A DNA stretch of 62,766 nucleotides, counting the filler, from Collodictyon triciliatum (Eukaryota), in NCBI GenBank assembly GCA_043381765.1. It is 7 parts of 7 records of this genome, joined end to end, with 100 filler letters (N's around TTAATTAATTAA, not from the genome) between each part and the next. Parts side by side here need not be neighbours in the genome. Positions count along the whole stretch, not along the records: positions 10,288 to 19,161 come from JBHJMP010002766.1; positions 19,262 to 29,441 come from JBHJMP010002767.1; 5 more parts are not named here. The stretch is one strand, 5' to 3'. The notes under the pieces are model-generated. The model searched no databases. It was given only the letters and a program-made list of their open reading frames with translations, and had not been told where the DNA came from. How positions within the stretch are numbered: the stretch's first letter is position 1; the number at the start of each line of letters is the position of its first letter. Both the position numbers and the translations under genes were made by a program. This document shows positions 13,150 through 25,200 of this stretch, piece after piece.

Positions 13150-15698
13150 TTAAGATGGAAGAAAGAAGAGAAACGAACTTGGCGCCCACCCCATCACATC
13201 ATTAATTCCACGGACTAAAGCCCAGCCACTGCAATAAATAAAGTGATTTCCTTGAGATGGAATGTCATCCATACTTCAGTAACTTCTTTTCATGTCATGG
13301 TTCTAAAAATAAACCTTATGTGTGGTTGTATAGGCCATAAATATTGATATGAAAAAAAGGTAAACACACCTTTCGTCTACGTAAAGGAGTTCGACGTACT
13401 CTCCTCTTGTAAGGGGCATCATATTATTTTCTGTTTCTGTGTGATTTTAACAAAATTAGATATTTTAACTGTGCCAAATATCCAGTGGCTTGATAATACT
13501 AACGCAAATGATTTCATTAAGATTGGCATATGTATGTTGCAGCTAGTAGTTTCTCTCTTAAATTATTTTATAAAGAAATTGATGTTACCAAAAAAAAAAT
13601 TTATGTAGATGTTAAGCAGCAGCATAAAAACATACCAATATTCGAATATCATAATGTTACAATGTAAAATATTTATACGTGTCTGTTGATATCGAGCTCT
13701 AGCTAACCCAATCGAGACTGGTCTAGCCGGTGTATTTAGTTGAGCTGATTGGGCAGTCCAAGCTGATTGGGTAGTTTGAGCCGATTGGGCAGTCCAACCC
13801 GGTGTATTTAGTTGAGCTGATTGGGCAGTCCAAGCTGATTGGGTAGTTTGAGCCTATTATTGCATGATTTTGATTCCTAAATCCAAGAATACCGCATATT
13901 TTCCCTTGCAATTCAAAGCATATATATACTACACGTTTTCTCTTCAGCTTATAAAATGAGAGCAACACAAACTATATCTCCAAGTATTTGAATGATTAAA
14001 AGAAGCAAAGAAATGAATGAGTTCTTTTCTAAACAATAAATCTATCATCACCTTCGACACCTCCTTTTCAGCTTGGGGTTGTTTGTCTATAGATAAAATA
14101 ATTAATTAATTATGATGGATATACTTGAAGTCTTTTCAAGAAAGGATAATAAACTTCCCGACTGCAAAAATGCAAGTAGCAATAATAATAGTACATGCTC
14201 TTTTAATTCCAAAACAAACCAAAAATAAAAACAACGTAACAAACAAAAAAAGAAAAAAGAAAATTTTATCAACTATATGATGACCATATAAGTAATACTG
14301 AAGTAATTACCCCTCCAGGATTCAGCAGAACCGGTTTGATATTCACGCGGACACCTGATTCTAGCTTGAATTAAAGCACGCGCCCTGAAATTCGGAACTT
14401 TGTAAATACTAACAAGTTCACTTTCGGATAATCGCATGAGCCTTCGGTAGGAAAACTTGTGCTTTTCGAGGATCTCAATAATCGGTTGTTGAGATTGTTG
14501 TAGACTCTTGAAGTAAGAAACAACCCCTTCTGGACTAGTTAATTTGTCGACCTCTTGAAAGAGTGCAATATCCTGCACAATGTTTTCTTGAAAGATCACC
14601 CATTCTTCATGAACTGACTTATCCTGAGTGTTTAATAGTCTTTCCAATTTAGAAATGGGTTGGCCTTGAAATTTTTCTTTTATGATCACCGCACGGATTT
14701 CAATAAGCTTGTACATGCGACATAAATCTGCAAGATCTTCGGTGGATATCAGTGAAAAACCACCACTATAGATGTCTTCGTCGTAGAGTGTAAGATTGGT
14801 ATGCTTAGCTTTTAAGCTGTTGAACCAAAGAAGATTTTGACATGTGGTTGGCACGTAAATAGCCTGTAGATTTGAATGACATTTGGGAATAGGTTTATAA
14901 GATAGCATAATTTCTAGCAGGAAATTATGTTAGTAATCATGATGGTTATGCTACGTATAAATCATGATAGATTATGTTGTAAACCCCACGTTTGATTGTT
15001 CGAGAGAGAATGTCGATAGGTTTGTCAAGTATTCAATCCAAAATGGAACGTGAGATATCTGCGCATATTTACAATAAAGAGCGATAGAATGGATGATCGT
15101 TACAACATTGAATATGTCCTTACACACCATGATAATTAGCAAATATATTCCAAAGTATTTATATCCTACATCATTCTTTGAAAATTGCAAGGTCTCAAGA
15201 GATATCAGATGCCGTAGCACACGAGGAATGCATCGAAACTAATCCCGTGAGGACAGACCATAATGAATGGAAATTTGTTGCACATTTAAATAAATATATT
15301 TGATTTTTATTAAAACATTGATTTTCTTTCGTATGTTAGTCCAAGCAATCTTCAAACTGAAAACGAAAGTAAGCATATATGCATTAAGAACCGTGTATAG
15401 TTCAGAAGAACATCCAGAGGATTATTGACCATAATGACTTTCTTTAACACCTTCAAATTCGAAGAGTGTTTTATGCATGTCTATCCATGGTGAATTTATA
15501 ATTTTCAGACTTACTCGGTTGCCAGTCAAGTCGAGAGTCTTGACCTTTGATAAATATGAGAAGGATGCTGGAAGGCTGGATAGCTGGATAATATATGATT
15601 GATTTCTGTATCAGTGGTAGTACATTTTTGATGCTTCAAGTATGAGTGTAATTGGCCCCACCAACCAGATTGTGGCAATGTGAGAAACTATATGTTAC
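13150..15698 (-). CDS. LRR / SAM-like / SH3 domain protein (5' end lost in gap)
   Basis: LRR exons LSSLPASFSYLSKVKTLDLTGN and IPRVLRHLISLETLQFSKN; SAM-like segment near 14370-14520; terminal SH3 ARARYQQTQTENNMMPLTRGEYVELLYVDESGWALVRGINDVMGWAPSSFL. Confidence 0.7.
13727..13854. repeat. 72-bp tandem duplication built from 18-bp subunits (coding on - strand)
   Basis: CCGGTGTATTTAGTTGAGCTGATTGGG.. at 13727 and 13799; reads AQTTQSAWTAQSAQLNTP twice. Confidence 0.9.
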
Positions 15699-16803
15699 NN
15701 NNNNNNNNNNNNNNNNNNNNNNNNNNNNNNNNNNNNNNNNNNNNNNNNNNNNNNNNNNNNNNNNNNNNNNNNNNNNNNNNNNNNNNNNNNNNNNNNNNNN
15801 NNNNNNNNNNNNNNNNNNNNNNNNNNNNNNNNNNNNNNNNNNNNNNNNNNNNNNNNNNNNNNNNNNNNNNNNNNNNNNNNNNNNNNNNNNNNNNNNNNNN
15901 NNNNNNNNNNNNNNNNNNNNNNNNNNNNNNNNNNNNNNNNNNNNNNNNNNNNNNNNNNNNNNNNNNNNNNNNNNNNNNNNNNNNNNNNNNNNNNNNNNNN
16001 NNNNNNNNNNNNNNNNNNNNNNNNNNNNNNNNNNNNNNNNNNNNNNNAAAAAAAGATCATCAAGCTATATTTATTGAGAAGAGGATGCAAAATTGTCGCA
16101 GTGTGGTTCTTCACACTTTTTTTTTCCTGGCTGACTCTCGCTCCTCTTCCCAAGAATATTGTTTGGGGTCTAGTATTTTCCAAGATCTTAGAGCTCTCGA
16201 AAAGTTAAAGAATCACCTCTTGAAGGAAGGAGCCGGCTGTGTCTATACACAACGAGCGCGCCGTGCTGGGATCTCCCTGGTGCGGAAGAAGATACTTTCG
16301 GAGTTTCTCCATCGTCTGTGTAGTCGGCAAAGTCTTATGAGTCTTGCACAGGCCCACAACTTAGTTCTTAAGTGACAATCTGACCCTGGAGTCCTCTCTT
16401 GCGATCACTCTCTTTCCCACTGTTAGCCCGGACATCCCCATTGGTGGCTCGCAACAAACACAGGGCCAAACTCAATTTGGCTATGGCTGAAACACACGAA
16501 CATCAGGCGTTGTTGGTTCGCCAGAAGCAGAATAGAATACCGGTATATTTATACGGTATATTAGACCACATTATGTGCCGGCGAATCCGATAGTGGAAAA
16601 TATAAATATATTCATTTTACTCGCGATTGATTTCTTTCCGTTTTGCATGTATGAATGAAATCTTTACATATGATACGCCAAAGATATACGCTACGATATC
16701 CTCTTAGAGTTAATGAGGTATTCGAGCATGTCCAGATTCGCCGCCATCTTGACTGTGAGCGAAATGAGTTTTGTGGAAGAGATTTGGAAGATGAGTGGCA
16801 TCT

Positions 16804-16935
16804 CACATTCAACCCCTGTTACCCACTCAACCAACCAACCAACCGGGTTTGGTTGTCCACCCGACCAGCTCGCTATCGCTGACTTCTTCCCAGCGGTAGC
16901 CCCTTCACACTAACCTATTACTCGTGTCTGCTCTA
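16804..16935 (+). mobile_element. LINE family-B fragment (ORF2 end)
   Basis: PPDQLAIADFFPAVAP matches PPDQLAITDFFPALAP at ~12605-12655. Confidence 0.8.
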
Positions 16936-17032
16936 GGCGACACCTTGCACAAAATATAAGGATTAATTATGTTAAGGGATTATTCGGTATAAAGGTCAAA
17001 GTGAAATAGCGCGTTGTATACCCACTTCCAGT

Positions 17033-17137
17033 TTTTTTTTTTATTCTTCCTTTCAATTATGGAATAAAGGAAAAAAAATTCTTCCTTTCAATTCTGTGCG
17101 GGATGGTGGAGATGTTGGCTTTGGTTCGCTAGCCATC
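17033..17137 (-). mobile_element. Short LINE family-A 3' tip containing a nested family-B tip (17059-17077, +)
   Basis: Outer TSD 17016-17032/17138-17154; inner perfect TSD 17043-17058/17078-17093; GATGGCTAGCGA is shared with the family-A 3' UTR at ~1921. Confidence 0.85.
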
Positions 17138-17231
17138 GTATACCCACTCCCAGTGGGAAAAATATTTGAGGTCTATTTATTATTATTATTTCTTCATTTT
17201 TTGCTTTATTTTTATTGCTGATGCTTGGCGA

Positions 17232-18959
17232 TTATGACTTTCTTGTTAAAATGAAGTTAAGAAGTGTCGCGAGACCATCCCGGGCGGGTGACTCTGGGAG
17301 TTTTTCTAGCTGCTCGAGGGCAAGGTCATGATGTTTCTTTGCTAAGTTGAACGTATCGTTGAGAGAGCCAGTCTTTCGAACACTATCGATGACCTAGGGA
17401 TATTCCCAATGTAATTATTTCGAAAACGCTTTTAAAATAATAGCAAAGCCCATACGATTCGTAGCTTCCACAAAATAACATACACATGCATATTACCATA
17501 TCTAAATCTTGTGTGCTATGGAATGCGCCTTCTACAGCTTTTCTTAGTGTAGAATCTTTCGCAAGCGCAAACAATACAGGTGCAGTCACGATTCCTCTGT
17601 TGACAAATGCCAACGAGGCTTTCCCAAACGGAGTTGATGGAGGCGTGTGGTCCAGCATTTCTTCAATAATCTGCAATCGCATTGTATTGTTACAACTGTT
17701 ATGATAAAAAAAATTGCCAGCATATATATTCTCTTTTCTTAAGTTGATGTTAGGAAGGAAGTAGGGGAATCTATCCTCATGATAATACCGCAGCAGGAAA
17801 ATTTCATTTGAGAGTCTCTGTTGATAATTAAAAAAAGCGAAACAAATAAAGAAAAAGAGATTTTTATACCTGATACGTCAACCCGAATTGTTTCCCGAAT
17901 TCATGGGCTATACCAATGAGTTCTTCAGATAAATTCTCGATATGGGCGACAGAGGAGCAAGCGTGCGCCATAAGTGATGCAGTGCGCAAATAAGTTCTCT
18001 TCATGTAATGCTCCATAGAAATAGAGTCTTCCAATGATGACTTTGTTTGAAGGACAGATCCCTCAACAAGGTCAGCGATACCGGTGGAGATAGACTCTGT
18101 GGCCGAGTGAGACTCAATACGCGAAAGCAAAAGCGATGCATGAGTAAGAAGGAAATCCCCAGCAAGGACTGAAAATTTGTTCCCGGGTAATTTATTAGCT
18201 ACATGCGATTTGGTTGAGAATAGAATTATAAATATGCCAAGAACAAAAAAAAAAAAAAAAGTACCTTAGAAATATATTATCACTTACACGTACTTAATTA
18301 CATTGAAAAATGCACACAAGGTTATAACTTTATTTGATTAAGAGTTACATCTTCGATGCTTCTTGGCCTCATGATCGTCCATTATATCCTCATGAAGTAA
18401 AGAAGCTGTATGTATCATCTCTACGATGGGTGCGATTGACCTCTGCCGATGAGTTATTCCAGATTCTGGTATGGATAATTTGCCATTGTTGATAGTGCGG
18501 GACATCAACAAACTCAAGACAGGGCGCACCTTCATAGGAAAATGTCGACTTTGATTTTAAAATATAATAGCAGAAAGTATTATTATTATTATTTTAAAAA
18601 ATCAAGTTAAAGAAGCCGTAAGCATTTTTAACACATTTTCTATATGTTTCTCGTAACTATGAAGTAATATAATGCAAATGAACCCTGTATTGATTATTCT
18701 TAAATTAAAAAAAATACGAGATGTGACAGTTACATTAAATAATAATTCCTATAACCTGCTTCCCTTTCACGGTGAAGTAATATTCTACCGCCTGGGCAAG
18801 AGAAGGGTGCTCTGAAACCACCTCACTTCGAACCTCTTCGACGGCTGCCTCCAATTCATTCCGCACCAACTCAAAGGGATCAAGCCGTAAGCTTTGTTTC
18901 GACCCCAAAGATGCAGATAAGAATGCGCGGTGGAATGAAACATGACGGTTGAGAATTTG
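17232..18959 (-). CDS. Trans-polyprenyl diphosphate synthase-like protein (COQ1/PDSS family) with degenerate DDxxD motifs; start not resolved
   Basis: GKQVRP, EMIHTASLLHEDIMD, GNKFSVLAGDFLL, TYLRTASL, FGLTYQIIEEMLD, TAPVLFA, ..LTRKS* over 5 exons. Confidence 0.9.
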
Positions 18960-19051
18960 CTAATATTAATGAGTTAGTTTCATGATATAAAAAAAAATTA
19001 TGTGCATCAGCCCATAGGATGGTTTAATTCATACATGTCAATTTTTGAAAT

Positions 19052-19161
<110 letters not shown>

Positions 19162-19261
19162 NNNNNNNNNNNNNNNNNNNNNNNNNNNNNNNNNNNNNNN
19201 NNNNNTTAATTAATTAANNNNNNNNNNNNNNNNNNNNNNNNNNNNNNNNNNNNNNNNNNNN

Positions 19262-22200
19262 CAAGCCCGCCTCGAGGAGCTGCTGAATACCAAGCCTGAT
19301 GCTTCCATGAAGGATGTTTCTGTGGAATGGCGCAGTGAAACGAATAGCCGCTTCCCATTCATCGGTGGAATGCCTGGGCTGAGTGTGACTGAATACGAGG
19401 TGAAGTGAATCTCTACATTTTACTATTTATCATTCTTATTAATTACAATTGAAAAATCAACAAATCATTCTCTAAATCATATATTCATATTCAGATTCAG
19501 TACGCCTGTCTGATTGACAAACCAGCGTGCAGCCGCGCCTTCTTCTACCTCCGCGATGAGCAATATGCTGTCGAACATGCCAAGAACGAGGAAGAAAGAA
19601 AGCTATTCCAAGCTGAAAGCGAAGAGGCGGTAAAAATTGATAAAAAGTCTTGTGTTTTGTTTTCGAGTAATATGTTATGTTTATTTAATTATTTAATTTT
19701 TTGACATATATTGTAATGTATTTTTTTTTAGCGTAAGAGGCAGGACGAGCTCAAAGGGAAAGTCAAGGCCAAGTTCGGGCATGTTGTCTACAAGGGAGCG
19801 AAGGAGTATTCTGACTTTGTGACTTACCATCTCACCTACGCCATCAAGCGTGACTTTGGGAAGCAAACTGTATTTTTTTTTGTTTTTTTTATTTTTTAAT
19901 GGATATCAGTATTGATTGGTGATATATATATCATTTATATTTTGTTGACATAACTATATCATAGGTGAGAGACCCTGAAGACCAAGCGCAGCACCAGTTC
20001 AAGATGCATCGACTGGCTGGGTTTGGTGGAAGAAAGGAGCTTCTCAAGACAATCACGGAGCAAGTAAGATAAAGAGCAATTAATTAAAAATGACAATAAT
20101 ATCGTTTGCTATTCTTTTCTTATCTATAATTTATTTTATCAGGCCATGAATCAGCTGAACACCGAGAAGTCCAAAATCATCGTTCTTGCTGCGGAGTCTG
20201 GGATTGGAAAGTCGTCGCTGATGGCTGCTACAGCGAGAGACCTCGAAGGGCTGACGCATCCTGGGCTGCATGTCTTTTTCCATTTTGTCGGATGCACCAA
20301 TCTCAGCAACTACGTGGAAAGGTTATTTTACATTTCTTTTTCTTTTTATAGATATAAATATATTATATAGTTTTTTCTAAAAATATTTGTTTTATATTAG
20401 TGTTTCGATTCGCTTCTGGACTTTGGTCGCAAACTCTGCCAACTTTGTCGAACAAAAGAAGCAAGAAGCTGGTATTACATTATTGTATTTTATTTTTTTA
20501 TTTTTATTCAAATGTCGTATACTTCATGCATTTATTTTATTTTGCCGCTAGAATACGAAAAAGAGGGACTCCAGGGCTTGCTGAAAATAATTCAGGAGAA
20601 AAACAAGTAATACTTCAATTTTTATGTATTTAAATTATAAAATCAAAATTAAAATAATTTGAATCGAATTAAAAATAATTGATATAAAATTATGTTTTAT
20701 AGAGACGAGAAGTTTGTCTTCCTCATCGATGCCATCAACCAAATCCACCCATCGCAAGGAACGCCAGCTCCGCATCTGCTGACCTGGTTGCCCAAGGAAA
20801 CGCCAGCTAATGTTGCCATTGTTGTGTCGACCATTCATACTCATGAATCTTGCGCGGTATTCACCATTTAATATTATTTTTTGTATATGTTTGTATTTTC
20901 TGCATAAAAAATGAATTGAGTAGAACTTTACTAAATGTATCTTTTATAAGTCTGCCAAGCAAAGTGGACTGGAGCCGATTCCTGTCGCCAAGTTGACTGA
21001 GGGCGAAATTAAGGATGGTGTCGAATCCTTCCTCATTCGCTATGACAAGACCCTGAATGAAAAGCAAGTTGGAATGATTCTGGATGACTTTGAAGATACC
21101 GGTGAGACATTTTTTTAAAAGAGTATATATGTTGATAAAAAAAATTTCCAAGCAAAGATTTAGTTATTCTTATGTGATATTTTTTTATAGGCCATCCGCT
21201 CTATCTCCGCATCATTCTGGATGAAGTCAGGGTCTTTGGCGTCTATGAGAAGCTTGATGAAGAACTAAATACTCTGCTTTCAACCAAAGGTGTCATTGAG
21301 CTTTACACTCTTATTATCAAGCGCTGGCAATTGAAGTTTGACAGGAAAGGTGAGTATTGGTTTCATATTTCACAAAAAAAAATGCAAATTATAATTGAAA
21401 TTTTTGTTGAATACTTTTTTTTATTGTACAGTCTCCTCTTCTGATGTAAAAGATACAATGAATATCGAGTATGTCTCCCTCTCGATGAAGGTTCTCTTTG
21501 TCTCCCGCATCGGCCTGAGTGAAGGTGACCTGGACAATTACATGAAAGACGCGATTGGCACAGGATTCGAGCTTGCTGAATGGTTTACTTAGTATTGAAT
21601 TTTAATAGAATGAATAGGCTAACTCTTTCTCTTTTCTCATTTTTTATTTAACTTATCTTTTATCCATTCAAATAGGAAATCCTTCTTCTTTACCCTCATC
21701 GAGTCGCTTTTCGTCCGCAATGGAAGGTTAGTGTTATTTCTCAGTTCTTTTCTTTCGTTAATATGTGTTTTTGGTATTATTTTATTTGGATATAAAACTA
21801 ACTATTGTCTATCATAGATACATGTACTTCCACCAGCTGCTACTGGAGACCACCGAAAAGGTCTACTTCTCCGAAAACCAGGAGATGGAAAAAACGCACG
21901 AAAAATACGGAAAATGGCTGTTTGGCCAGTATTCTGAGGCTGCTGACGCGGATGAGGAGCTTGCTGCTGAAATATGCTACCAGCTTCTGAAGGGCAGTTC
22001 GTTTGACTTGCTTGTCGAATACATGAAGCAAAAACATGTAATTTCTATTTTTATTTTGAGTCATAATGAGACGATTTTCACTGATTAATTTAAATATTTT
22101 ATAGGTTATCAGCATCATGCTTGGTGGTCGCTATCGCTACGAGTTCTTTACGTGCTGGAGAGCAATCAACGCAAGTGGAGCGGCGAACTACAAAGAAGCC

Positions 22201-25200
22201 TATGGAAGCTTGGCTAAGGTATTTTACTATTTATTTTAATTTTTTGAAGGTTACTACTCACAATTTTAATTATTAATCATGATTTATCTATTAATTATTG
22301 TTTTTTTCAGTCTTTGGATAATGTGGGAGACCTGCTTGTTGGATTTTTCTTGGAGTCTTTTGAGAACTCGTTCTTGTTGTCTGTTCTGAATGTGCGTCTT
22401 GGAAAGCATCAAACAGAAGGTATGCAATTTATTGTTAATTTTTGAAGAATTTATGTCATGAATATGAGTTTATATATAGATATGTTCAATAATCTATTAA
22501 ATCATAGATGCGAAGGCTGCTGATTACCTAAATCTCGGTCGTGTCTACAAGAACCTCCAAAAGTAAAAAAAATTAAAAAAATCAATGATATAATTAAGAA
22601 ATGACATGATGTGTATTATGCAAACTTTTCTAAAGTAAAAATCAATTAAACAGCTGGGCTGAATCCATAGTCTACTACAAGAAATGTCTCAATTCAGTCG
22701 AGAAAAATGCTGATGATTCCCTGCGTATTGCCACCATTCATGAAGAGATGGGAATCGTCTACCAGCAACAGGATAAGTAAGGCTCGCCTTCAACTGTAAA
22801 ATATATTATGAATAATGTTTCAAAAAGGAATTATTCTGATTTTTTTATGAAATAGAATTGATGAGGCTCTCGATGAATACAAGAAATCACTGGACTTGAG
22901 AATCAAACAACTGGGCGAGAATGACTTGCAAGTGGCCCAATCACATGACCGCTTCGGAGACATATATGTGAAACAGTCAAAGTAATAATTGAATCATTTA
23001 TATTCACTAATATTCTGCTTTTTTTTGTAAAAACAAATAAACGTTGATCAATTTTTTATGATAGGAATGAGCAAGCTCTGGTTGAATATGAAAAAGCCAT
23101 GGAAATCCGCCAAAAGAAAGTCGGAAACGAGCATCCTCTTGTCGCAACATCGTACCAGAACTATGGTCATGTCTCTCTGGCTGCGAAAAAGTGGCATATT
23201 TGTCCATAAAAGGCAGTTTTAAATACAGCTATGATAATTTTGAGAAATATTAATATGATTGAATCACCAAGGTATGAAGATTCTATTGTTAACTACGAAA
23301 AGGCAAAATCAATCCTTGATAAATCACTGGGAGCTAAGCATGCATCTGTTGCCTCGACAATCCAGTTTATTGCGAGTGTTCATCTTGCCAGTGGAAAGTT
23401 CGAATTTTATTATTTTTTTTTAGATATTTTCATATAATAATTATTTCTTTCAATCAATTTTTGCAAGATAGTTTGGATTCATATATTTCATTCGTGTGGA
23501 CTCTATTTAGGGTTAAAATTATGCATAAGATAATTTTAACAGATGTATTAAATATCAAAACTATCGCGTTTTATAGGAAAACTGAGGCCTTATCGTCATT
23601 AAAGCAATCGCTGGATATTTTCATGTCTGCCCTGGGTGAAAATCATCCGAATGTTGTGGCCTGCTATGAGATGATTGGAGACATCAGCCATGATTTGAAG
23701 GAGTATCTCTTTTTATCAATTATATTATTTTTTATTTTGAATTGAAAACAATAATTTATTTACCCATATTATCATCCTAGCTTCAAGGATGCTTTGGAGG
23801 CCTATACAAAGACGCTGGATATTCGCTTGAGAACACTGGGCGAAAAGCATGCTGATTATGCTACTGCCCTTGAGAATGTTGGCCGAACAAACTTTGAGCT
23901 TCAAAGGTTTATTTCTCTTTATATTGAAAAATCGAATATTTTGATTAACACTAGTAAAAAAACATCAATAATAACTAATCAGCATGCATTTAGTTCTGCT
24001 CAATGTGTTGATTGCTTTCAGAAGGCAGCTGCTATCAGAAAGGAGACAAAGACTGCCATATCATTGAAAGAAGGTTCACAATGTACAAGAATTGCGAAAA
24101 TTATGGGAGACAAAAAAGAGCATGAAGCTGTCACTCAGCTTTACAAAACAGCTGCTGTTAGAAATGGTGAAAAGTCATCCTATGAAAACTGGGACTGCTG
24201 GGTGGCTTGTGAGAATGCAGACAAGATTTACAAGGAACTGAAGCAGCATAACGAAGCTGTGGCATTCTGGGGTGACATGAGAGACAGATTTTCTGATAAA
24301 CTCGCATGGATTCACCCCAGAACATTGAACGCATGCGAATACTTGTCCGTCCATTCAAAAGAAATCAGAATCAATAAAGAGCCCGCCGAGTATACAAGAG
24401 TCAAGGATTTCATCAGTGAAGCTCTTGATGGTGTCAAACTGGATGAGAAATGGAATCGTGAGCAAATCATCGCGTCATTATTCAGAATTGTCTACATGTC
24501 AAAGACTGATGAGAGCAAGTCAAAGGCTGCATCTGATGCAATTACGCTTTTGAATTTCATGAATGTTTCGTTTGGTGGGATGGATTTATCAAACATCAAA
24601 ATTCCAAATGCAAATCTCAGTAACTCAATCCTTGATGGTGCAAACTTTGCTGGTGCCGACTTGGATGGTGTTGATTTCACGAATTCGATGCTTGGTGATA
24701 GTGTTTTTGATAATGCGAATATGAATAATGTGAAATTCGGAATTCCTCATGATAAATTGGAAGGTCATAAATTTACTGTCACCAGTGTTTGCAGTTTTCT
24801 AGGACCGAATGGTGAAAACTGGTTGGCTTCTGGAAGTAGGGATAATACAATACGCATTTGGGATGTAGCCACAGGAAACCAAATCAAAACATTAAATGGG
24901 CATACAGGTGTTGTCTTGAGTGTTTGCAGTATTCAAGGACCGAATGGTGAAAAGTGGTTGGCTTCTGGAAGTCGGGATAAAACAATACGTGTTTGGGATG
25001 TAACCACAGGAAAACGAATCAAAACATTAGAAGGACATACAAGTTATGTCAATAGTATTTGCAGTATCCAAGGACCGAATGGTGAAAATTGGTTGGCTTC
25101 TGGAAGTGATGATAAATCAATACGTATTTGGGATGTAAACACAGGAAACCAAATCAAAACATTAAAAGGTCATACAGATCGTGTCAGAAGTGTTTGCAGT

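Noticed and set aside
13431-13500. Apparent non-canonical GA-AG intron giving SH3 'YQATENN'
   Set aside because: A canonical GT-AG intron (13437-13678) gives equally correct SH3 spacing.
16049-16600. Coding-like GC-richer tract after the gap
   Set aside because: Stops in all plausible frames and no recognisable motif.
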